A stretch of 64,000 bases of DNA from Eledone cirrhosa (GCA_964016885.1 OZ024747.1:60078001-60142000), one strand, 5' to 3'; counted from the first letter of the stretch, positions 12,187 through 24,346 are shown. Numbers and translations: made by a program. The notes: generated from the letters alone by a model not told the origin.

Positions 12187-12187
<1 letters not shown>
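11649..12187 (+). mobile_element. Internally deleted mariner (Hsmar2/irritans-like) DNA transposon
   Basis: TIRs cgagggggcttcaaaa.. and ..ttttgaagcccactca with TA flanks. Transposase N-terminus NIKFMVKLRWKSSQFIDTLEQVYGYNVPKRSTNYKWISRFRSGRDEVEDD; C-terminus QFYTDGIKGWYQCLQKCLDLVGVCVEK*. Confidence 0.88.
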
Positions 12188-12219
<32 letters not shown>

Positions 12220-12220
12220 T

Positions 12221-12626
12221 GAGATGACCCCTTAGCCTTTGTCAAGGCAGAATTCTAGGAGAAGGAAAACTCTGATATAACACCTGCAACCCTGATGGTA
12301 TCCAATGATGTTGACTTGTTCTTCTTTTTGGTAAATATCATCTTGGTTAAGAGAGTGGGACTGGCTTTGTGCAGTGCCTTTGCCCACTATAAAAGCTTCA
12401 TGGCACAGGCATTGCTTTATATCTGGAGATCTCTCTGCACTTGTCGTCACATGGTACCATGGGCCCAGCACTATGTGTCAATAATTGTCACAAATGTAGT
12501 GTTTGTACCAGAGTTTTCAAGTCGCTGGCTGGACTAAAAAGTCACACTCGTTCGTTGCATTGGTAGGGGTTCTTCTGCATGGATATAAAGTAGTGGCCGT
12601 ACTCGAAAACGAGTTGGCAGCCACCA

Positions 12627-12627
<1 letters not shown>
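12221..12627 (+). mobile_element. Non-autonomous RTE-derived element, 5'-truncated copy (paralog of 38395-38985)
   Basis: Near-identical to 38581-38983. It ends in a C2H2-like peptide (CxxC..RVFKSLAGLKSHTRSLH), a short 3' stem-loop and a microsatellite tail. Confidence 0.7.
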
Positions 12628-12665
<38 letters not shown>

Positions 12666-12923
12666 ACAAACAGATATTTCCTACATTTGTAGGACTTGAA
12701 GCCAGAGAGAAAGTGGTTTTTTGTGTCAGGGACACACATCTTTAGTCACTCTAATAATGGAAACAAGAAAATTGAATATATACAAGGGTAAAAAACAATG
12801 TAAGTAAACTACCTGAAGCGTGAATACCTTTAAGTAGCTTTCATATCCGCTGTCTGTCTCCCAGCGTCCTGTCAATAGAGAGAGATGAGATGACAATGAG
12901 TACAATAACAATCAATAGTTTCT

Positions 12924-12924
<1 letters not shown>

Positions 12925-13008
<84 letters not shown>

Positions 13009-13020
13009 GATGTGTATGTA

Positions 13021-13057
<37 letters not shown>

Positions 13058-13528
13058 ATTTTATTTTTAATTTTAATTTTATTTTTATTTATTTATTATT
13101 ATTATTTTTTTTTCTTTCTCCTCGTGCAATGGCCATACTCGATAACGAGGGGGCAGCCATCATATATATATGTATGTATGTATATGTATATATATATATA
13201 TACATACATATATATGTGTGTGTGTGTGTATACATATATTTATGTATATATGTGTGTGTGTTTGTGTGTATATATACATATATATATATCTATGTATGTA
13301 TATGTATATATATATATATATACATACATATATATGTGTGTGTGTGTGTGTATACATATATTTATGTATATATGTGTGTGTTTGTGTGTCCCCCACCTAC
13401 CCCCCACTCTCCTGAGCGTGAATTTAATAAACATTTATTATACTGCCTCTCTGTTCTGTCCCTGTTCAAATTTTTCATTATATATATATATATATGTATG
13501 TATATATATATATGTATATATGTATGTA

Positions 13529-13595
<67 letters not shown>

Positions 13596-13720
13596 TTGTA
13601 TATATATATGTATGTATGTATATATATTTGTATATATATATGTATGTATATATATATATTTGTATATATATATATGTATGTATATATATATATATATGTA
13701 TGTATATATATATATATATG

Positions 13721-13769
<49 letters not shown>

Positions 13770-13798
13770 ATATATTTGTATATATATATGTATGTATG

Positions 13799-13876
<78 letters not shown>

Positions 13877-13920
13877 CATACGCATATACACACACACACA
13901 CATACATATACACACACGCG
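12925..13920. repeat. Compound (AT)n/(GT)n/(TATG)n microsatellite region
   Basis: Seen directly; source of many spurious ORFs. Confidence 0.95.
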
Positions 13921-14164
13921 TACTGAAATAGGCATACGTAGAAGCCATCAAATTAAGGAATGCTCCCCTGAAGCATTGTGGGTTCCCCGCCTACACCAGA
14001 GATGTATTCACAGTTCCTATTCACCAACATAAGTTGGTGAATAGGAACTCATATACTAATATATAAATATAAAAGAAGGATGGGTGTCTTTCTTAATTAT
14101 ATACACAGATTTATATATGCAGATTTAGTTCTTAGCTGATGAATAGGAACACAGATACTAATAT

Positions 14165-14715
14165 TTGAGACACAGGGAGATATCTGTCAATTATGGGAGT
14201 ATGGATGAATGTTTGGTGAGATGAACATAGTTTATATATAAGAAGGGTTTCTCCCTGCATACGAAAGGACGGTTATATGATGCCTGTGTGAGATGCGAAA
14301 TGCTGCATGGTAGTGAGACATGGGCAGCAACTGCAGAGGATATGCGACAGCTGGAGTGAAATGAAGCAAGTATGCTCCGATGGATGTGCAATGTCAATGT
14401 GCGTGAACGACCAAGCATGGACGAGTTGAGAAAGAAACTGGGTATAAGAGGGATAAGTTGTGGTGTGCAGGAGAGAAGGCTGCGATGGTATGGAGATGTG
14501 ATGCGCATGAAGTGCCAAGAAATCCCAGAACAGGAAGATGCAGAAGAGGTAGACCACATAAAACATGGGCGGAGGTGGTGAGAGCAGACCTCAGATTGCT
14601 GAAACTCACCAAGGAGATGACGAAGGACCGTGACAAGTGGAGAGATGCTGTGGTGAATAGGACCTGTCCAACTCTTGCAAGCAGGGAAAAGCAGACGTAA
14701 AATGATGATGATGAT
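14165..14715 (+). mobile_element. Internally deleted 3' fragment of RTE LINE
   Basis: Encodes KGRLYDACVR..MLHGSETWA..MLRWMCN..LRKKLGIRGI..ERRLRWYGDVMRM..RGRPHKTW..DRDKWRDAV..*, followed by a (GAT)n tail. Homologous to the RT at 40839-42356. Confidence 0.9.
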
Positions 14716-15314
14716 ATAGGAACAGAGTCAGGACCCCGACAGTTGAGCTCCGGCTGTTTCGACGTGGTCCTGACTCTATTCCTGTTACCCACTCTACTAC
14801 CTTAAGTATCAAGTACTCTGGTGCGTTATGGTCCACCTGGTTTCCTTCCACACTTCCTTTGTTATATATATATATGTGTATGTGTGTGTTCTCTCTCTCG
14901 CTTCTTCTTGTTAATAAGGCTTGAGAACTTCAGTTCAGCCAATTTATATTAACCCTTTTCTTTCTCTCTCTTTCTCTCTATCACCTTTCTTCCCCCTCTC
15001 TCAATGTCCCCTTACTACTTTTCTACTCCTGCTCACTTCCGCTTTCCTTCGTCTCTCCTCTCAGCACCTGTTCTCACTACGGCCAGAGATTCTTTTCTCT
15101 CTCTCCCACTTGTTGTTAGTATGGGTTCAGAACTTATGTATGGCCCAAGTACTAACTCCTTCCTCTCTCCCTTCGGTTACTACCAAACTTTCATGCACTG
15201 CCCTTTCTCTATTGGTATGTCTTTCATTTTTTTTTTTTTTTTTTTTTTTGTCGTTCTCTACATTATCGTCTGTTGTTTCCCTTCCGGGATAGCTATCCAT
15301 TTTAGCTATCAACA

Positions 15315-15360
15315 CACTATGATGAAATGTATTGTCTTTAATGCATTTGAAACGTCAGTG
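15315..15360 (+). ncRNA. Degenerate minimal hammerhead ribozyme relic
   Basis: Reads cact-AUGAUGA-aauguauu/gucuuu/aaugcauu-u-GAAA-cg-UC-agug. Stems I and II are intact, but there is a C3-to-A change and a 1-nt offset in stem II. Confidence 0.55.
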
Positions 15361-16077
15361 ATCCACAGAAGACAGCCAACAAACGGGAATTATCGTTGTG
15401 TTTGTGTTTCTCCCACATTTTCTAAATAACACATCAAAGAAACAGTCCTTTTTTCTGAGGGGTCTCTTGATAACCCGTATCAGCCTGACAGCATTGATGC
15501 ATTTTTATAGTGCAGAAATTTTGCACACAGATCAGTGACACTACACTCATGATTTTGAAGAAAAATAGGTATATTTTTGTCTGTTATTTCCTGATATTTT
15601 GTAATTTGACAAATAGCTCTGATTATTGAGTTATTTTAATTATTTTGATTATTTTTGCTCTTTCGGTCATCAAACAAAACTTGTTAACGCCGACATCACA
15701 CACACACACACACACACATATACATATAAATATGTGTGTGTATTCCATTATTATATTGTCCCCAATGGTCGAGTTAATCCAGGAGTTTACTAACTGCTTT
15801 TTCTAGCAAATACAGTATTCATTCACTGTTCACCTTACTACCCGTCTGTGACCACTGTATCATGTGTTCATTTCTCCCTCGCCTCTCAAGATATTCTCAC
15901 TTGCTATGAAAGAAACAGTCCTTTTTTTTACCGTATCAGCCTCATAGCATTGATGCATTTTTATAGTGCAGAAACATGCACACGAATTGGCAAAACTGCA
16001 GTTGGGACTTTGAAAAATAAATAGGTATATTTTTGTCTATTATTTCCTCATATTTTGGAATTTGATAAATAGCTCTG

Positions 16078-16122
<45 letters not shown>

Positions 16123-16699
16123 ATTTATGTATACGTGTGTGTATGTGTATTTATATATACATGTGTGTATATGTATTGATATATGAATGTGTGTGTATGT
16201 GTATTTATATATATGTGTGTGTATGTGTATTTATATATGTGTGCGTGTGTGTATGTGTATCTATATGTGTGTGTGTTTATATGCATGCATGTGTGTATAT
16301 ATGTGTGTATGTTTATGTGTGTGTATTTATAATTATATGTGGGTGTGTACATACATATATATATATGCTTTTGTGTGCGTATAGATGGTGGTGAGATTAA
16401 TGGTGAATATATAAAACTAGAAATAGATTAGAGACAAATAAATGATAAAAAAGGCAAGGATTGAAAACTGGAAAGAGAAATAAATGTGTTACATAGTTTG
16501 TGAAGCATGCAGAAGATATAGAACAAGAATACTGGACTTGGCTGAAAGATGAAGGATTAAAGAGGAAACTTACTTTAGCTGGGAAGTAAACAGACTGAAG
16601 AAATCCTGTTAAACCAAGAATTAACAGAAGCTATATAATGTTGGATGTAGGAAAAGTAGTGAAAACTTTCAGCCATTTAGTGTGTAAATATAACAAGAT

Positions 16700-17570
16700 A
16701 TCACATAAGGAATTTATATAGCTATGTTGTGTCCACACTTAGGATTTGTATCACCAGTCTGGAACCCCTATCTTGTTCAGAATATTGATCTCCTGGAAAC
16801 TGTTCAGAAACATGCAACCCAACAAATACCCTCCATCAGGCATCTACCATACTCTGAACACCTTGGTTCCCTGGGCATCTTCGTCACCAGATGTTATGTC
16901 CTTGTGGTTAAACAAATACACTGCAACAGTGTAATTGAAACAAATGGCAATAACCACATGCAACGAAACAACAATCTTTTAAGAACCAACAATCCAACAT
17001 GCTAACTCAAACAGTGAACTTGAACTCCAACGTTGACTATCAACACACGAACTGGGGAACTAGTACCAACTTCCCCACTTACTCAAGCCGCTACTATTTA
17101 TATGTAGTGGTCCAGCCCATTCTCACCAGGGGGCATCGTACTCTCACACAACAGATACGTCTGGCAACTGACGTATCTGTTGTGATTATTAACCATCTTG
17201 ACAACAACAACCCTGAGTACCTTTTCGAATTCCATGTCTCTAACACCCATGGACATGCTTACAAAATCAGAAAACAGTACAGCCCCTATGACTTTCAGAA
17301 ACAGTTTTTCATGCTCAGAGTTGCTGAAGTATGGAACAAACTACCTGCATCAGTTCTTAGCTATTGGGGCACTGCATCTTTCAAATCTTCCATGCTTTCC
17401 AAAATACACCTGATATTCCACTTCCATATGCACGCATGTGTGTGGATGGTGTGTATGTGTATCATGACTCATATACTGTTCACTTTCCTGTCATTAGTAC
17501 ATTGTTCTATGCACCTTTGATAAAATGTAGTGCACCTGAGCACTGTACACTATAATTTTCATTATTATTA
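16700..17570 (+). mobile_element. CR1/L2-group LINE 3' fragment, interrupted at about 16879-17130
   Basis: Encodes CPHLGFVSPVWNPYLVQNIDLLETVQKHATQQIPSIRHLPYSEHL..., then HGHAYKIRKQ..DFQKQFFMLRVAEVWNKLPASV, typical post-RT CR1 motifs, with an (ATT)n tail. Confidence 0.85.
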
Positions 17571-17651
17571 TAAAAAGACATGACAGGATGGGAGTTGTTG
17601 ATATTCATAACTCATGTCACTACACTCTCTCTCCTATTATATATATATTGA

Positions 17652-17780
17652 TCCCTTTACGATCTGAGTTCAAATCCCGCCAAGGTTGACTTTGCCTTTC
17701 ATCCTTACGGGGTCGATAAAATAAAGTACCAGTAATGCACTGGGTAATTGCTGGCCTTGTGCCTAAAGTAGAAACAATTA
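17652..17780 (+). mobile_element. Family A SINE (5'-truncated)
   Basis: B box plus conserved core. Confidence 0.85.
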
Positions 17781-18127
17781 TATATATATTGATCACTTGG
17801 CAACTGAGGTGAATGTACTTTGCTGTTACAACACCACCACAACCACAACAACAACACCAACAACAACATAACCACCACCACCACCACCTCTACCAACTAC
17901 AACAAAATCACCATGTTCATTACTTTCCTCAGATGGTTTTAAAGACACACTGAGTACCCTAGTGTTATAATGAGGTAGTGCTGTTGCCATGTAAAAATAG
18001 CACCCAGTTCACTCTGTCATGGGGTAGTGTTGGTGCCACAACAGAATGTATCCAGTCTGCACTGTAAGGTGGTAGTGCTGATGCTACAATAAAAAAAGCT
18101 CCCTCTCCACACTGTAAGGTGGTAACG

Positions 18128-18405
18128 AGAGGCCTAATAGTAAGGGTGTTGGATTTGTGATCGTAAAGTTGTGGGTTCAATTCCTGGACTGTGCTGAGTG
18201 TTGTATTCTTGAGTAAAACACTTCATTTCACATTGCTCCAGTATACTCAGCTGAAAACGAGTCCCAGCAATAGTTGGTCATTTAACGCTGCGATGGACTA
18301 GCATCCTGTCCAGAGAGAGTTGTATTCTCAGTCGCTTTACACCACAAAACCAGGATAAGCACCGCCCTAATGAGCTTCCTGGCTTCACACAGACTTTAGT
18401 CATTA
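18128..18405 (+). mobile_element. tRNA-derived SINE family B (Meta/V-domain-like), nested in an RTE 3'-UTR-type repeat (about 17975-18625)
   Basis: tRNA-like head ggcctaatagtaagggtgttgga...gggttcaattcc, then gttgtattcttgagtaaaacacttcatttcacattgctccagt..ctcagctg and gcgatggactagcatcctgtccag. Related copies occur at about 53165-53270 (+), about 28890-29000 (-) and about 10980-11020 (-). Confidence 0.7.
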
Positions 18406-18934
18406 GTTCACCCAGTAAGGTGCTACAATAAAATAAATGCTCCCAGTGCATACTGTAAAGTGGTTGGAATTAGAAAGGACATCTGACTGTAGAAACCAAG
18501 CCCAAAATGGAGTGTTTGACAAGTCTGGCCTCAGTACGTGATAACCTAGTTAACCCATGTAACAGAATCTGGTTACCTGACTAGTCTAACACATGCATGA
18601 AAGATTGGCATTAGATAGTGATGATGGTTTACTCCTAAATGCATTGTTTTGTTTTCTAAAACTTTCGGGTGGCTGGTATTATTGGAATTATTTCCCTTAT
18701 TTGATTTTTTTTTAGCTCTAGAACATCTCTAAAGGGATGTTCTGTCTGTTAATGGTACAGATAGTTTCAGTTAAATTGAATTTTTCAGCTAATTATGTGA
18801 CATAAGTGAGACCCTGTTGTATATTTAGTATGCAGAACACTCCCCTGGGCTGGTTAGTCCTCCACCTTGTTGCAAATGACCAATCTTCATGTCATGGATC
18901 TATGGTACTTCACTGGGAAGAGCTGGAGCAACTC

Positions 18935-19620
18935 AACAACACCAAAACCAACACCACTACCCCACCTCAACCATTTCCAGCAACAACATCTCTATGAACA
19001 ACAGCAATATCAACACCACCACCACCACCACCACCGCCACAATTAACATCAACATCATCACCACCACAACAAATAACAACATCACTAACAACAACATCAT
19101 CACCACCATCATCACCAATAACACCACCAACAGCAATACCACCACCACCACATCCAACAATACCAACAACTCCACCACCACTTCGAACAACAACATTACC
19201 ACCACCACCAACACCACCAATGACAACAACTATAACACCAACACCACCACTCTCCCACTACCATCAACAACATCACCACCATCATCACCAATAACATCAT
19301 CACCACCACCTCCACCAATAACACCATCACTTCCATCACCACAACCACCACCAATGACAACCACTTCCACCACCAACAACCCCACCACCACCACCACCAC
19401 CACCAATGACAACTATAACACCAACACCACCACTCTCCCACCACCATCAACATCACCACCAATAACATCATCACCACCACCTCCACCAATAACACCATCA
19501 CTTCCATCACCACAACCACCACCAATGACAACCACTTCCACCACAAACAACCCCACTCCCACCACCACCACCACCACCACCACCACCACCACCACCACCA
19601 CCGACAACAACTATAATAAC
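18935..19620. repeat. (ACC/AAC/ATC)n low-complexity tract with internal ~180-bp duplication
   Basis: 19200-19400 is largely repeated at 19385-19600. Confidence 0.9.
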
Positions 19621-19834
19621 ATATTTCAAACAGGCTAAATGTTTAACGACAAACAAAATTTCCTATTTTTGTCATTTAATCTTTGGAAATTGATGTCGTT
19701 ATACAAATATAGAAAGCAAACATGATTGCATTGATGTATTAATTTAGAGAGTAGATAGAAAATTATTGATCCATCGTCTCTTGTGGGTCAATGAAGAAGA
19801 ACTATTTGGATATATTAGTCTACTTTGATTACTG

Positions 19835-21215
19835 TAATAGTTCAGTCTATATGTCACATCTGTATAGTTCTATATATCTGTCACATCTGTGTAGTTCAGT
19901 CTATGGCACATCTATGAAGTTCTTTATATATATGTCACATCTGTGTAGCTCTATGTATTTGTCACATCTGTGTAGTTCAGTCTATATGTCACATCTGTGT
20001 AGCTCTATGTATTTGTCACATCTGTGTAGTTCAGTCTATATGTCACATCTGTATAGTTCTATATATCTGTCACATCTGTGTAGTTCAGTCTATATGTCAC
20101 ATCTGTGTAGCTCTATGTATTTGTCACATCTGTGTAGTTCAGTCTATATGTCACATCTGTATAGTTCTATATATCTGTCACATCTGTGTAGTTCAGTCTA
20201 TGGCACATCTGTGTAGCTCTATATATATGTCACATCTGTGTACTTCAGTCTATGGCACATCTATGTAGCTCTATATATATGTCACATCTATAGGAAGGGC
20301 ATCCAGCAGTAGAAATCAAACCAAATCAGTTCCTGTATGAGCAAGGCATGGTCAGCCGACCAGACGCTGCCCACAACAGGACAACCCGTCTAACCCATGC
20401 TAGCGTGGAAGAACGGACGTAAAACGGTGATGATGATGATGATGATATAGCTCTATATATATGTCACATCTGTATAGCTCTATAAATCTGTCATATCTGT
20501 GTAGTTCAGTCTATGGCACATCTATGTAGCTCTATATATACGTCACATCTATATAGCTCTATATATATGTCACATCTGTGTAGTTCAGTCTATGGCACAT
20601 CTATGTAGTTCTTTATATATATGTCACATCTATGTAGCTCTATATATATGTCACATCTATATAGCTCTATATATATGTCACATCTGTATAGCTCTATATA
20701 TATGTCACATCTGTGTAGTTCAGTCTATGGCACATCTATGTAGTTCTTTATATATATGTCACATCTGTGTAGCTCTATGTATTTGTCACATCTGTGTAGT
20801 TCAGTCTATATGTCACATCTGTATAGTTTTATATATATGTCACATCTGTGTAGTTCAGTCAATGGCACATCTATGTAGCTCTATATATATGTCACATCTG
20901 TGTAGTTCAGTCTATGGCACATCTATGTAGTTCTATATATATATATATATATATATGTCACATCTGTGTAGCTCTATGTATCTGTCACATCTGTGTAGTT
21001 CAGTCTATATGTCACATCTGTGTAGTTCAGTCTATATGTCACATCTGTATAGTTCTATATATATATCACATCTGTATAGTTCAGTCTATGTCACATCTAT
21101 GTAGCTCTATATATCTGTCACATCTGTGTAGTTCTATATATATGTCACATCTGTGTAGTTCTATATATGTCACATCTGTGTAGTTCAGTGTATGTGTCAC
21201 ATCTGTATAGCTCTA
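19835..21215. repeat. ~24-28-bp minisatellite (gtcacatctgtgtagttcagtctatat variants)
   Basis: Seen directly; interrupted by an insertion at 20292-20446. Confidence 0.95.
20292..20446 (+). mobile_element. 5'-truncated RTE 3'-end insertion inside the minisatellite
   Basis: Reads aggaagggcatccagc...cccatgctagcgtggaagaacggacgtaaaacggt(gat)n. Almost identical to the reverse complement of 39829-39975. Confidence 0.85.
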
Positions 21216-21227
21216 TGTATATAACGC

Positions 21228-21567
21228 ACCCCACCTGTTAGTACAAGTGTTACTAACACCACACCTGTTAGTACAACAGGTGTTACTAACACTACACCTG
21301 TTAGTACAACAGGTGTTACTAAGACTACACCTGTTAGTACAACAGGTGTTACTAACACCATACCTGTTAGTACAACAGGTGTTACTAACACCACACCTGT
21401 TAGTACAACAGGTATTACTAACACCACACCTGTTAGTACAACAGGTGTTACTAACACCACACCTGTTAGTACAACAGGTATTACTAACACCACACCTGTT
21501 AGTACAACAGGTATTACTAACACCACACCTGTTAGTACAACAGGGTGTTACTAACACCACACCTGTT
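21228..21567. repeat. 33-bp minisatellite, about 10 copies, with internal inverted repeat
   Basis: Unit ccacacctgttagtacaacaggtgttactaaca. Confidence 0.95.
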
Positions 21568-21584
21568 ATTATATAAGGTATTTG

Positions 21585-21780
21585 AGGGCGGTGAATTGGC
21601 AGTATCAGTAGAGCGTGAGACAGCTTGTTTCGCAGCATAGAGTTATGGCCTTTTACGACCTGAGTTCAAATCCCGCCGGGGTTAACTTTGCTTTTCATCC
21701 TTATGGGGGTTGATAAAATAAAGCACCCGTAATGCACTGGGGTAATTGCTGGCCTTATGCCAAATTTAGAGACAATTATA
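21585..21780 (+). mobile_element. Family A SINE, full length
   Basis: gggcggtgaattggcagtatcagtag head, B box and conserved core. Confidence 0.85.
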
Positions 21781-21891
21781 TAAGATATTTGTAACCACTC
21801 AAACAATAAATGAATGAACTGAGAGACTTGTTAAATGATTGGTTTACATATACTACAGTCTTTGTTCAGCTTTCTCTAATATAAGTTCTAA

Positions 21892-23093
21892 TCTATATAT
21901 ATAAAACTGAGGTTGTCTGTCTGTCTATCGATTTTTGGCACACATCTCCTCTTAGAATCTCTCACGGAATTGCACCGAAATTGCTATACTTGTACATTGA
22001 GCCCTAGCGAAGACATCGGAAAAAAATATTTCAAATTGACCCGCCCTATCTGACGAAATCGAATATAATGTATCGATTTTTGAGCGTAAGTGATCAGTTA
22101 TTTCCCTTTGTTCTGTTTACATTCAGCGTAGCGTCTTACGTTCTGTTTACATTTTCTGCGTGCAAAAATTTAAAAAATTACGCTGGCAAAAATTAAAAAA
22201 ATTACGCTGGCTTTCTCAGCGTTTAAAATGACATTAACACAATACACGAACAGACAGTTGTCGAGCCAGCAAAATTTTGACCTGCAAAATTCATCAGTTC
22301 GAACACTAAACTTCCGTTTTGCTTCATTTCCATTTAAAAGCCTTTTAAAACAATATTTTTACTTGAAAACAAGTCTATTTAAAGACTACGTAAAACAAGC
22401 AAATATTTCGTAAAAAAAAGCAAAAATTATATAAGTTTATTTAAAATATATGTATCTGTAAATTTCGTTAGGCGTGCAGACAGACAGTCGTGCAGACAGA
22501 CAGTCGTGCAGAGAGGTGATATACGCGTGCAGACAGATAGTCGTGCAGAGAGGTGATATAGGCGTGCAGACAGACAGTCATGCAGAAAGGTGATATAGGC
22601 GTGCAGACAGACAGTCATGCAGAGAGGTGATATAAGCGATTATTTCCCTTTTATGGAATGAGCAGACGATTAGCGAATGTGCAGACGATTAAGTAAATCT
22701 TTAGTAGAGTGAATTGGAATCTCCAGTTTGTTTAATAGCTTCATTTGCACTGTACTGCCTTTGTATGCTACAACGCTTTAAAAGTTCGGCGAGTTCATTA
22801 CTTCGTAAGTTATTGATATTTATTTTTTTATTACGACGGTTAGCAAACTTTCCCTATTAAACGTTTAAATTAATTTTACGGTCTTATAAGGCTGAATTTA
22901 CTTTAATTCGGGTTATCGTTATGTTTTCTTAACTTCATAAGGCATATTGTTGGTTGAGGGAATATTAATCAAAAACACCACATGCAAGTCTGCACAGTAG
23001 ACACTACAGTTTTTAAGCCAAAAAAGAAACTTAACATTGTAACTTTAACACAGCTACTGAGCGAACCCGAGCAACGCCGGGCTTTACTGCTAG
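21892..23093 (+). mobile_element. Non-autonomous Helitron, copy 1
   Basis: 5' TC(tatatatataaaa), 3' hairpin cccgagcaacgccggg followed by CTAG, inserted between A and T. Contains an internal 37-bp minisatellite. Paralog at 57589-58451. Confidence 0.88.
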
Positions 23094-23404
23094 TATATAA
23101 TAAAATAAAACTTTATATTAAGCCATACATACATTCCTTCCCTTGATACACTGTTGTCAAGCTTTCATCAAAACCGGAATAGAACAGGTGTGGCATTAAA
23201 TATTCCATGGTCTTTGATTAGCTCTCTCTTTCTCTCCCCTTTTCACGCCTCTCTCTCTCTGGTATAAGTTCTAATATAAAACAAAATAAAATATCCATTT
23301 CTCCTTCCCTTGGTAAACTATTGTCAAGCTTTTCTTCAAAGCCTGAATAGAACAGGTATGGCATTAAATATTCCATGGTCTTTGATTAGCTCTCTCTCTC
23401 TCTC

Positions 23405-23461
<57 letters not shown>

Positions 23462-23870
23462 GTATAAGTTCTAATATATAACAAACTAAAACATCCATTC
23501 CTTCCCTTGGTGCACTATTGTCAAACTTTTCTATATAAATATATATAGAACAGGTGTGGAAGGAAATATTGCCTCAAAACTCTCTATGCTAACCATGTGT
23601 TCTTGGATATAACTTAATTTATAGCAAATTATAACTTCAGCCAAACTAAACCACACATCACAGCAAGTCCTCACCACAACACAAATATTTAATCTCTTAT
23701 ACATTCAATCTACCAAATATACTTGCCTTTCATTTTGTTTCTTTAGTTGTTCCGTTTGTTCGTGTGTGTACATGTGTGTGCCTGTGGGAGAGAGAGAAAG
23801 TATGTGTGTGTGTGTGTATGTGGGAGAGAGAGTGTGTGTATGTATATGTGTATGTATGTTTGTATATATA

Positions 23871-23905
<35 letters not shown>

Positions 23906-24098
23906 ATATATATATGTACATGTGAGAGAGAGAAAGCATGTATGTATGTGTGTGTGTGAGTAGAGAGAGAAAGTATGTATGTATGTGTGTGTGTGTGTGA
24001 GGGAGAGATAGTATATGTGTATGTATGTGTGTATGTATATTTGTATGTGTGTATGTATATTTTAAAAAGTTCACTGTACCTGCTGTAAATACCCTTAC

Positions 24099-24290
24099 CG
24101 TACGGTTTCAAGTCTCAAAATAAATGGATAATCCATGCGGAATTCCATTGAAAAGAAAGACTTTCGTCAGACGGTTCTTTTCGCTCGGAGAATATAAAAT
24201 TCCCGAGTTCCAATCACACACTCGCGCCATTCAAAATTGTTCCCGAGATGAGAGTGTATGATGAAGAAGCAATTCTGTCTAGTGCCGTGT
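24099..24290 (-). CDS. Candidate 5' exon of a host gene (coding 24148-24099: MEFRMDYPFILRLETV-, phase 2)
   Basis: Unique CpG-containing island between microsatellites, with a strong donor CG|GTAAG, a CCAAT motif and a YY1-like cgccat. Product not recognised. Confidence 0.4.
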
Positions 24291-24305
24291 GTAAATAAAT
24301 ATATA

Positions 24306-24346
<41 letters not shown>

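Noticed and set aside
18889-19638. 249-aa Thr/Pro-rich mucin-like ORF
   Set aside because: It arises from (ACC/AAC)n low-complexity DNA with no signal peptide or recognisable domain, and similar ORFs occur on both strands.
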